Shown piece by piece: positions 38,112 to 46,881 of a stretch of DNA of 61,296 bases. The notes beneath the pieces were generated by a model. That model did no database searches. It was not told the origin of the DNA and was given only the letters and a program-made list of their open reading frames with translations. This DNA is from Candidatus Thorarchaeota archaeon (GTDB lineage Archaea > Asgardarchaeota > Thorarchaeia > Thorarchaeales > Thorarchaeaceae). The stretch spans positions 1 to 61,296 of the forward strand of contig JAGSHN010000028.1 in the NCBI GenBank assembly GCA_029855935.1. Direction: 5' to 3'. The first letter of the stretch is position 1, and every line of letters begins with the position of its first letter. Position numbers and translations under genes: made by a program.

Positions 38112-40418
38112 TCACGCATCAAGGCGCTCGAAGGACAGGACCACCTCATCTCCTCGCGAGAACTTGCCCCTTACGGCCACCACCTCGGGGGCAATGCTCT
38201 CTGCCGAAACGACCTCGTCATTGATCTTCGCGACTCTGGGCCTCCAGTCGGCACCGAAGACGATGAACACACTCTCGACCGCACGGGTGTCTCTCTTGAT
38301 GCGCACACTCAGTTCCAACCGCTGCTCATCCCATTTCTCTCCCTCGAGCTCCACCGCCCCCTGCGTGAAGTGAATGCTTGTGCTGAGAACGGACGGCACA
38401 GGACTGTCAGGTCGCAACACGTACAGCTTGCAGCTATGTGGTTTCAACCCTCTGATGGGAACGGCCTCCTCAACAGTCCCCTCATACGTCTGGCTCCAGA
38501 ACTCGAAGATATGATACAGCCCAGGCTCCGAGAGGCTGACATCTTCAAGGCGGAAGTCGAAGTCCATCTTGCTCTCGGACAGGTTGAACACTCCAACGAC
38601 CGACCATCTCCCCAGCGGGGTCTCTATGGGGAGGGCGAAGACTCGGGGCTCACTCTCTACAAAGGCGTCAATGGCAACAGCGCCACGATGATATGGGGGC
38701 AGGACCTTGTCCACAAGCGCGAGTCTCTCCTCGGCCACCTCCATCATCCGGTCGCTGAGCAGGAACGAACCGCCACTGAGCGCAACAACGGTGAGCCAGA
38801 GAACGACTTCGTCCGGTGTCAGGTCGTTGTCCTCCTGCCTGACGAGGACGCAGTCAGGGTCGTTGATCCACCACCTTCGATGCACAAAGGCCCTGCTCAT
38901 CGTGTTGACAGCGCACTCGTAGACCCCTCCTCCCCAGTCGTATCGCCAGTTCGTGCCTATGTCCGTCCCTATTCTCATCGCGTCGACAATGCCCACGCAC
39001 GGCCCGAGCGGTGCACCACAGCCCAGTATCAGGGCCTCACCGACAGCCTCTCTGATTGCTTCAAGTCCCTTGCGCAGGGCCTGAGCACAAGTGTGGGACG
39101 GGTCGTGCCTGACGCCCTCTTGTGTGGCATGATATAGAAAGTCGATCTTGAAGTACTCGAAACCAGCCTCGCGGAGTCTCTTGAAGAGTCGCCCTATGTG
39201 GCTCAGCACGTCGGGATTGGTGAGGTCCAGCGCGTAGTAGTTGCCAAGCCACAGAGGGTTGGAGCCTACAGCTATGGGCTGATTGTTCCTGTCCCTGACG
39301 AACCAGTGTGGCCGGTCCTTGAACAGCTCGGAGTGTTCGGATGCCACGAACGGGGCAGTCCAGATGCCCGCTCTGAGGCCACGGCGCCTGATCTCGTCGA
39401 CGAGCGAGGGCAACCCCCGACTGAATCTCTCGTTCTCCGTCCAGTCCCCCACCGTCCTCTGATAGCCATCGTCAAGCTGAATCCACTCAAGTTCTGGGAA
39501 CCGTTGTCGGACAAATTCGGCATTTTGCACAATTTCGTCATAGTCCGGCATTGTGAAATAGAAGTACCAGGAACACCACCCAGTCGGGGACTTCTCAGGA
39601 TGCCGTGGAGCCATTCTTGCTGCAACTATGTCGGCGTATTGCTCGGCAATCGTGGTGGCTCTCTCCCCTGCGAGGACAAGTAGCTCCTCCGATATCACGT
39701 GTCCCCCCGGCTCGACGGAGATGTTGTCCAGTGCGCACCTCGCGACAAGTTGTTTCAGTCTCACATTCTCTCCGCTCTCTTCCTCCTTGCCGTATGCCGT
39801 GACGGTGGTCAACTGGTTAGCGAGTGTGACGAACCCAACCAGAAGCACCTCCCCTCTGTCCACGTTGGTGACAACTGTGAAGAGATGGCTCACGTTCTCA
39901 CCGGAGTCTATGGGTCTCACCTGACTGAGTTCCCATGAGTGGAAGCCATTGTAGAAGAACCTGAGGGCCTCGCCGTTGCCGACTGAGAGAGTTCTCTCGT
40001 GACCCACATCTACGCAGAAGACGTCCATTGAGTGAACTCCAATCTCCGACCGGGATGCATTCTTCAGCTGGACCCTGCAGAAGAGACCCTCAAGCCCCTC
40101 CCAGACAGCCAGCCTCAGACGTGCCTCAATATTGCCGTCCACGCTGCGCATACTGATGACCACAGCCTTTCCTGACCGACCCCTCTCCTTGAAGTCGACA
40201 GCACTCACCCCTCTGAAGATCAGCTCTCGGGACTCATAGCTCTGCCTGTCGGTCTGGATTCTCACGAATGCGCGTGAGACAATCTCGACATCTCTCTCAT
40301 CGCTCTTTAGGCTGAACATGCCCGTGCGCTTGTCATATCTGACGGAGACGATGTCGTTTCCTAGGATGACCTCATTCTCAGAGATTGAGAGCGTGCATCT
40401 CGAACTCTCTTCGGCCAT
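38112..40418 (-). CDS. Glycoside hydrolase family 36 (alpha-galactosidase-like)
   Basis: PTGWCSWY, QLDDGYQ, GIWTAPF, YFKIDF, GCGAP, MRIGTD, NDPD. Confidence 0.88.
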   Translation of the reverse strand: MAEESSRCTLSISENEVILGNDIVSVRYDKRTGMFSLKSDERDVEIVSRAFVRIQTDRQSYESRELIFRGVSAVDFKERGRSGKAVVISMRSVDGNIEARLRLAVWEGLEGLFCRVQLKNASRSEIGVHSMDVFCVDVGHERTLSVGNGEALRFFYNGFHSWELSQVRPIDSGENVSHLFTVVTNVDRGEVLLVGFVTLANQLTTVTAYGKEEESGENVRLKQLVARCALDNISVEPGGHVISEELLVLAGERATTIAEQYADIVAARMAPRHPEKSPTGWCSWYFYFTMPDYDEIVQNAEFVRQRFPELEWIQLDDGYQRTVGDWTENERFSRGLPSLVDEIRRRGLRAGIWTAPFVASEHSELFKDRPHWFVRDRNNQPIAVGSNPLWLGNYYALDLTNPDVLSHIGRLFKRLREAGFEYFKIDFLYHATQEGVRHDPSHTCAQALRKGLEAIREAVGEALILGCGAPLGPCVGIVDAMRIGTDIGTNWRYDWGGGVYECAVNTMSRAFVHRRWWINDPDCVLVRQEDNDLTPDEVVLWLTVVALSGGSFLLSDRMMEVAEERLALVDKVLPPYHRGAVAIDAFVESEPRVFALPIETPLGRWSVVGVFNLSESKMDFDFRLEDVSLSEPGLYHIFEFWSQTYEGTVEEAVPIRGLKPHSCKLYVLRPDSPVPSVLSTSIHFTQGAVELEGEKWDEQRLELSVRIKRDTRAVESVFIVFGADWRPRVAKINDEVVSAESIAPEVVAVRGKFSRGDEVVLSFERLDA

Positions 40419-40595
40419 CTACATCCTCCCTGCTTCGTAGCGATGATGACTCGGTGCAACCGACCTATTACATTTGTGTGGGGTCGGGTACTTCTTCGGC
40501 ACGCTTCTCCTGTCAATGGAAGACTGGGATAGGTGTCCTGCCTGCCGTCGAAGCCGAACCCACCAGTCAGTGTGTGGAGGGCGCTCGCGGCAACA

Positions 40596-41174
40596 CTAGT
40601 GACCCCGCGAGGTGGCCTTCTTTGCGCGCTCCTCCGCTTCTTCGGCCTCCTCGTACTCGAAGAGACGTTTGTGCGCTGTTGCCAGTAGCTCCCACGCCTC
40701 CCTGTCGTCGGGCTGGAACTCAAGGTATCGCTTGATGTATCTCTTGACCTCCTCCCATCTCCCCATCTTCTCTAGGCATCTCGCACCGTAGTACAGTGCT
40801 CGCCGATGGTCCATCCTAGGGCTGGCCATCTTGGAGAATCTTGAGAAGGCCTCCTCCCACTCCTCGTTCTCGTAGAGGTCCAACGCCTCCCGGAACTCGT
40901 CCTCCATCTCCTGATACTCCGGCATTCGCTTCAGAATGCCTCCCGCCATGCCAAGCGACCCGCAGCACAGGAAGACGGACGCTGTGAGCATAGTCATCCC
41001 TATGACCTGTACAGGATCTACGGGCAGGTATCCCAGCCTGCCAAGTAGCGCAACTACCACTCCAACGATGAAGATCACCGCTGCGGCAACCAGGATTCGC
41101 ATCGCAATGTTGACCTGAACCGACTCACCTGTTTCCTCGATCAATCCATCATCAGTGGACAGCATCTGACGCAC
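40596..41174 (-). CDS. Membrane protein with TPR repeats
   Basis: Two TM segments, then TPR-like ALYYGARCL.., AWELLA. Confidence 0.75.
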   Translation of the reverse strand: MRQMLSTDDGLIEETGESVQVNIAMRILVAAAVIFIVGVVVALLGRLGYLPVDPVQVIGMTMLTASVFLCCGSLGMAGGILKRMPEYQEMEDEFREALDLYENEEWEEAFSRFSKMASPRMDHRRALYYGARCLEKMGRWEEVKRYIKRYLEFQPDDREAWELLATAHKRLFEYEEAEEAEERAKKATSRGH

Positions 41175-41279
41175 AGGGAATGGACAGTCCTCTGCCTTTT
41201 AGGTGTGCTGTTCTCAGTTGAGCAGCCACTCTTCACTCTCCTGTCTCATGGTCGGCGCAAGCAGTGGACTGTGTTGTAT

Positions 41280-41996
41280 CTATCCGGTAACTTCCTTGTT
41301 GTCCCTGTACTCTCCCTCTTGACGCTCTTCTTCTTGCTTCCTATGTTCTCTCAGGAGCCTACTGTCAGGGCTGCGACGCCTGTACTCCTCATCCTGCCTT
41401 CGGGCCTCAAGATGGCGTCGGGCGATGTCTATCCATTCTCTTGCGAGGCCCTCCAGCTGCGGATTCATACTCACAGCGAGCTCTGCGTATGCGACCGCCC
41501 GTTCGAAATCCTCCTCAATGAAGTGGGCATTGGCTTTGTTGTACAGCGCCTCAGCATAGTCTGGCCGCAGTGCCACGGCCCGCGTGTAGGCCTCAATGGC
41601 CCTCTTCCCCTCTGCAAGTCGTGACAGACAGTTTCCGAGGTTGTTCCATGCCTCGGCGTCATTCGGGTCAATCTGGAGAGCGCGCTCATAGCACGCCTTG
41701 GCCTCCTTGAAGTCGTTGAGGTAGTATAGTGCGGTGGCCTTGTTGAACCAGAGCTCGAAGATGTTGTTGTCTATCGCCAGTCCCTCATCAAACGCCTTGA
41801 TTGCCTCCTCCTCTCTACCTGCCTCAAGCAGTGCGACGCCCAAGTTATACCAGCCCTCAATAGAGTCCGGATGCTCACGCAGATACATCCGCAGAAGGTC
41901 GATTGCGTCTTCGTACATGCCCTGCTTGATCAGCCGGACGGCCCGTGCCATCACACCATTCTGTTCGATCATCATTGGACGGGCCGTTCCGCGCAA
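41280..41996 (-). CDS. TPR repeat protein
   Basis: GWYNLG, LWFNKA, AWNNLG, ALYNKA at 34-aa spacing. Start uncertain. Confidence 0.9.
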   Translation of the reverse strand: MRGTARPMMIEQNGVMARAVRLIKQGMYEDAIDLLRMYLREHPDSIEGWYNLGVALLEAGREEEAIKAFDEGLAIDNNIFELWFNKATALYYLNDFKEAKACYERALQIDPNDAEAWNNLGNCLSRLAEGKRAIEAYTRAVALRPDYAEALYNKANAHFIEEDFERAVAYAELAVSMNPQLEGLAREWIDIARRHLEARRQDEEYRRRSPDSRLLREHRKQEEERQEGEYRDNKEVTG

Positions 41997-42044
41997 GATA
42001 AGACTTGTGAAGATTGCAGGTCCTCAGTGTGACCCCTCGCCGTG

Positions 42045-42473
42045 CTATTCGGGCCTCTTGGCCATTCGGCGTCCGACAATGCTGAGGACTACGCCGAGCC
42101 AGCCCGCCGACTGTGAGACGGCTGACACGAAGCTGATGAGCTGTGCTGCGCCGTACAGATACGCCATTGACGCAAGCTGAATGATTAGGCCTATTAGTCC
42201 CATCCCTGCTGCAATGCCGATGACGAACTTGCCGGTGCCCACGCGGTCGGTTGTGAGCAGATATCCTCCGATGATCACTCCCAGTCCGCCAAGGCCAGCT
42301 ATGGCCACGAGGACATAGAGTATCACGTTCACCACGGGCTCGAGAAAGGCGAGTTCGGGTATCGCCGCGATGAGCGAGATGTACTCAAGGAAGCCGATGC
42401 TACCAGTGGCAGCAACGGAGATGAGAAGCAGTCCCGCTATGACGCATATCACAAATGCTGTCTTGTTCTGCAT
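42045..42473 (-). CDS. Small 4-TM membrane protein
   Basis: Four Gly-rich hydrophobic segments. Confidence 0.7.
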   Translation of the reverse strand: MQNKTAFVICVIAGLLLISVAATGSIGFLEYISLIAAIPELAFLEPVVNVILYVLVAIAGLGGLGVIIGGYLLTTDRVGTGKFVIGIAAGMGLIGLIIQLASMAYLYGAAQLISFVSAVSQSAGWLGVVLSIVGRRMAKRPE

Positions 42474-42579
42474 TCGTGTTCACCACCATTGTCTGAGTAT
42501 AGCCGCCTATTCTGTGTTACTGGCCAACTCGTCAGACAAAAGAGATGGCCTGTCTTCTCGACGGAGTCTCTCTGAGAGC

Positions 42580-42617
42580 AAAAAAGAAAGGGGAGGACGA
42601 GTGTCCAAGCCTCCCCC
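42580..42617 (-). terminator. Hairpin + U-tract terminator
   Basis: Minus strand reads GGGGAGG-N13-CCTCCCC-TTTCTTTTTT directly after the stop at 42618. Confidence 0.75.
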
Positions 42618-42824
42618 TCATTTCTTGGCTTTCTTCGCCTTTGCCTTCAACTTGGCCCTCTCTTCGGCGATAGCGGCCTTGAACTGTTCGTCGAACCTGG
42701 TCAGCAGTCTCTCCTTCTCGGCCGCGTCGATGAACTTGAACCTCGCCACGGCACGCACACCGGCCTTCCAGGCCTTCTGTGCCTCCTTCAGCTTGTCTAC
42801 CTTTGTTGGCTTAGCTTCTGCCAT
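42618..42824 (-). CDS. Small basic Lys/Ala-rich helical protein (68 aa)
   Basis: MAEAKPTKVDKLKE...KLKAKAKKAKK; SD-like GAGGCGA; own terminator. Confidence 0.7.
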   Translation of the reverse strand: MAEAKPTKVDKLKEAQKAWKAGVRAVARFKFIDAAEKERLLTRFDEQFKAAIAEERAKLKAKAKKAKK

Positions 42825-43072
42825 CTCTTGCATCGCCTCTCGGGCGTCTCGGCATTTGGTGCCGATGCCTCGATGTCCCAAGACCGCAATGTTTCGTCAC
42901 TCAATAAAAGAAAATCTCGCTTGTACTGTGCCCTCCACGATACCACATCTCTCCCCATCCAGATTCTCCGAAACCATTGCAGGGACCTACACACTCGTGG
43001 GACAATTGTCACGACGGTCCGAAGAACAACGCGCACGCCTATCGCAGGATGTCGCGTCGGAACCGCCGTCAA

Positions 43073-44365
43073 TTAGTTCTCATAGCCATCGGCCATCTCA
43101 CCCTCGGAGGTGATGAGTCCTCCGAACCCCTCCGTGCCGTTCTCGCAGACGGGAGTCTCTCTGGCACGGAGTCTGTGGGGCCGCTCACGGAGTGTCGCTG
43201 CAACCATAGCTGCTACAAATGATGTGGCTGCGAGAAACAGAATGGATGCTGACAGACCGAATGTGTCACCTATGGCGCCAAAGATCACTGGCGCCAGCGA
43301 ACCTGGTATCGCACCTATTGAGAACAGGATGCCGAACGCAAGGCCCCTCCTCTCTCTTGGTGTGATCTCCGTCTGATAGGCCTGGTACGGCGGCACACCG
43401 AAGTAGTAGAAGAACCCGATGAACATCAGCACAACAAGAAGGGACAGCGGCGGCAGCGAGTAGTTCAGGAGCAGGAGGCACGGAGCCATCAGCAGTGGTG
43501 AGATGACGATGAAAGGGACTCTCCGCTGCAGCCTGTCTGATAGCGGCCCGGCAATCATCTCTGCTACGACGCCAGTACCGAGCATCACAGTCGTTAGCGC
43601 GCCAGCCCAGAGGGGCTCGTACCCATAGCTGACCACAAGGTATAGTGGCATTAGCAGGCTCAGCGACCTGAAAGGAATGCCTCTTAGTCCTGACAGTACA
43701 ACACTGACGACATAGTCTCTCGTCCATCCATCGACTCCGCCATAGTCCTCTCGTTCCTCCGGTTCCGTTTCCCAGCCTGCAAGTGCCTCCCGCCTTCTCG
43801 AGTAGCCCATCAGCACGGCCGTGAATACAAAGACCCCTATGCCGAGAGTCCCGAGGACAATCAATGCCTCTCGCCATCCTCCCACCGCGATCATCAGTGA
43901 GGCGCCAACGAAGGGTATCAGTGCCATGCCTATCAGACCGCCCATCGCCTGAGCCCCCACCGCGCTTGCTCTCGAGCTGGGCGGGAATCGTTCGGCCAGC
44001 GTGGGGAACGCGGAGGGATGGTACCCCGAGGCACCGAGACCCAGCAGAATCTGCATCGCAACCAAGAACCAGAATGTGGTTGACAGGCCAGTGAGTATCA
44101 CGGCGATGGCGGTGGCCAGTACACTGGCCGGGATGAGAATGTCTCTCCAGCCCTTGTCAGCAAGCGCACCTATGCCGAGATGTACCGCGGTCATTGTCGT
44201 TATTGCCGCGCTCGTGATCACACCTACCTGTGTGAGAGTGAGGGAGAGTTCTTCCTTGATGATGGGGAGAAATGGGGAGAGAGCACCAGTATACACGTGG
44301 TTCAGGAAATGGGCAAGTACACATGCCGCAAGCACGGCATAAGATGCTCTTGTGACTCGGCTCAA
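43073..44365 (-). CDS. MFS transporter (Fsr-like)
   Basis: HFLNHVY, GALADKG, GYHP, GPLSDRL; about 12 TMs. Confidence 0.88.
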   Translation of the reverse strand: MSRVTRASYAVLAACVLAHFLNHVYTGALSPFLPIIKEELSLTLTQVGVITSAAITTMTAVHLGIGALADKGWRDILIPASVLATAIAVILTGLSTTFWFLVAMQILLGLGASGYHPSAFPTLAERFPPSSRASAVGAQAMGGLIGMALIPFVGASLMIAVGGWREALIVLGTLGIGVFVFTAVLMGYSRRREALAGWETEPEEREDYGGVDGWTRDYVVSVVLSGLRGIPFRSLSLLMPLYLVVSYGYEPLWAGALTTVMLGTGVVAEMIAGPLSDRLQRRVPFIVISPLLMAPCLLLLNYSLPPLSLLVVLMFIGFFYYFGVPPYQAYQTEITPRERRGLAFGILFSIGAIPGSLAPVIFGAIGDTFGLSASILFLAATSFVAAMVAATLRERPHRLRARETPVCENGTEGFGGLITSEGEMADGYEN

Positions 44366-44630
44366 AGGATGTCCACTTCGTTGTGATTGTCAGCTCGAGG
44401 ACGGAAAGCCACGGAATAGCGAATTAAAAGGTGGTGATTTCTGCCACGGAGTGGGAACGGCTCTCAGCAACACGAGAAGAACGAGGCGAGTCAGTTGGAA
44501 TGGTACGCTGATGACACCCACAGGGGGTATCACCAGCACATCCGATTTCGACTCGATTTTTTTGTTTGTGTTCCAAGAGGTACCTTAAAAGGTTCCGACT
44601 CACCGCAATCTAGGTGCTCCAAGATACACC

Positions 44631-46604
44631 TTACAGTAGGTGAGCCAGCCACATCACTATCTGTATCGCCAACACGGCATCATCGCGCGCCTCGTACTTC
44701 CGGTTCATCCCCCAATTGTCTAGGAAGAAGTTCGTTCCTGTGACGACGATGCGTCCGGTGTTGTTGTTCTCAAGACAGCCTAGTACTGGACGACTGGCCG
44801 GCGTTGTGGCCAGAATGGTCCCATTGACGGAAACGTTGATTGTGGCGCCGAGGTAGTCGAAGCTAGCGACGCCCGCGGTCATAGGATGAGGATAGAGTTC
44901 CGTTATCTCCGTTGGACTATCCCTGTCGGGATAGACATCATCGTTGAGCGAGAATCCTGACCACTCCAAGAAGGTGTTCACGGCCGTCAGGTTGGCATAG
45001 TCTGCGGAGAGTGTGGCGACGAATACCCCGCCGCCCATCTCGAAGTACTGTTCGTACGCGAGTATCTCGTCATCCGTGAAGTTGATCCAGGCTGACGAAG
45101 GGTTGTATGGATCGCTCTCCTCAAGGACATACACGCAGGGGTCAAGCACCACCACGGCGTCGAACTGAGAGAGGTATTCGGCCGTGATCTTCCTTCCATG
45201 TCTTATCTCCGTGACCGAGATCTCGCTACCTGTCAGACTCATGTAGAAGTGCCGAAACTGACCATAGGTGGTGTCAATGGACCATGTCGTGTGGCTGATA
45301 TCAAAAGCCACCCTCGCGACTGCCTCTTGGATTGACAACGAGAGCGTCAAGTTCGTGCGGTCGGAGCCGTGAGTGAAGTACACCGTTGCGGAGAGATGTG
45401 TGCTGTTGATGTCGGCCGGTATGCTCACGTTCAGGGCGAAGAAGGTGGACTGGTTGGCCTCGATGGCCGACGGGACCCCAAACACTTCAGGAGTTGGGCT
45501 GTCGACACTCAGCTCGTAGACAGCATCTCTGCTGTTGATGACCTGCACGTTAAACGAGTAGTTGTCCCCGTAGAACAGCCTCTCGAACTGAAGTGGCAGA
45601 CTGTGCGGATGAACGTACGTGACGAGTGGAATCTCTGTGGTGGGCCCCAGACTCTGCAGGAATTCCCGTGCTCTGTCTAGATTGAGCCTTCCGGCACCAA
45701 CAACATACTCCGGATGGCTCATCTTGTCAGCAGTCTTCATCAGGACCGCCTTGATCAGTCCGGGTGTCCACGGGATGCTGTTGACAGTGCAGTAGTCGAT
45801 GAGGGCGGCGGCAGCACCAGCCACCCGGGGGGACGCAAAGCTTGTTCCATAGACCACGGCGTTAGATGTCTCAGCGTAGCCGGGTGCCACAAGGTCGGGC
45901 TTCATAGTGCGTTCTGAGGTCGGTCCGACGCTGGAGTACGATGCAGGTGTCCCGCTCTCGGCGAGTGCACCAACTGCAATAGCAGCGCCGTATACGCTCG
46001 GAGATGTCACAGAGCTCGTACCCAGCCCGCCGTCGCCACTGTTGCCAGCTGCACTTACCACAATGACGCCGTGCTCCATAGCATACCTAACGACATCTCG
46101 CAGCGGGTCATTCCACGAGGGACTGGAACCGAGACTCAGATTGATCACGCTGCAGTTCTCCTCGATGGCCCACATTATCGCCGCAATGACGGCCGGAGTA
46201 CTGGCTGCACCCTCCCCGGAGATCACCTTGGCATTGACAAGCGCGATATTGGCCTCGACATCGAGCACGGTCCGCGCCACTATAGATCCGTGTGGAACTC
46301 CACCCGGGTGAGAGTCCTCAGTTGAGGTGTCACTGTACGCGTAGCCGTACTGAGCCAGAATGAAGCTTCTCTGTGCCACTATTGCTCCCGAGGGAACCTT
46401 GGTCGCATCTATGCCAGAATCAATGACAGCGACCTTCACGGCACCACCCTGCCCCTGTGGTCCCGTTGGAGTGGGAATGAGCAGAACGAGCAACGAGGCC
46501 ACGAGGAGCAACCCGATGATGGCAATGGCGACGAGCTTCACAGACATCCTTGAGGGTTTCCGAGGAGTCTCGTAATAAGAACGAACCTCATAGTAGCGCA
46601 GCAT
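44631..46604 (-). CDS. Membrane-anchored S8 subtilase with Site-1-protease-like C-terminal domains
   Basis: VAVIDSG, HGS, AAGNSG, KPDLVAPG, GTSFASPRVAG; N-terminal TM. Start may be 46547. Confidence 0.88.
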   Translation of the reverse strand: MLRYYEVRSYYETPRKPSRMSVKLVAIAIIGLLLVASLLVLLIPTPTGPQGQGGAVKVAVIDSGIDATKVPSGAIVAQRSFILAQYGYAYSDTSTEDSHPGGVPHGSIVARTVLDVEANIALVNAKVISGEGAASTPAVIAAIMWAIEENCSVINLSLGSSPSWNDPLRDVVRYAMEHGVIVVSAAGNSGDGGLGTSSVTSPSVYGAAIAVGALAESGTPASYSSVGPTSERTMKPDLVAPGYAETSNAVVYGTSFASPRVAGAAAALIDYCTVNSIPWTPGLIKAVLMKTADKMSHPEYVVGAGRLNLDRAREFLQSLGPTTEIPLVTYVHPHSLPLQFERLFYGDNYSFNVQVINSRDAVYELSVDSPTPEVFGVPSAIEANQSTFFALNVSIPADINSTHLSATVYFTHGSDRTNLTLSLSIQEAVARVAFDISHTTWSIDTTYGQFRHFYMSLTGSEISVTEIRHGRKITAEYLSQFDAVVVLDPCVYVLEESDPYNPSSAWINFTDDEILAYEQYFEMGGGVFVATLSADYANLTAVNTFLEWSGFSLNDDVYPDRDSPTEITELYPHPMTAGVASFDYLGATINVSVNGTILATTPASRPVLGCLENNNTGRIVVTGTNFFLDNWGMNRKYEARDDAVLAIQIVMWLAHLL

Positions 46605-46881
46605 CTTTCAGACCAACTTCGAATTGACGTCACTCCGAGAGGTATTCGAGAGAACATGAACCTATCGACGACGGAGTTCCTCTGTGTCAGAGAGGCTCTG
46701 TCACGGCATTAGGGCCGAATACCTCTATCATCATTGTACTGATGGACCGTAGCACTCTGGCGTGATCTGATGCATGCCGGAAACCTTGAAAAGGGCGACG
46801 AACGGGTCGTTTAAGTTGCCAAATTAGCACAAGTTGATTTATTTGGCAGGATGCAGGTAGGCACTCAAAGAGGTACACGCC

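Noticed and set aside
44366-44630. Possible RNA gene in the gap (GGTTCCGA, T-run)
   Set aside because: No tRNA stems could be formed; more likely the MFS promoter and the protease terminator.
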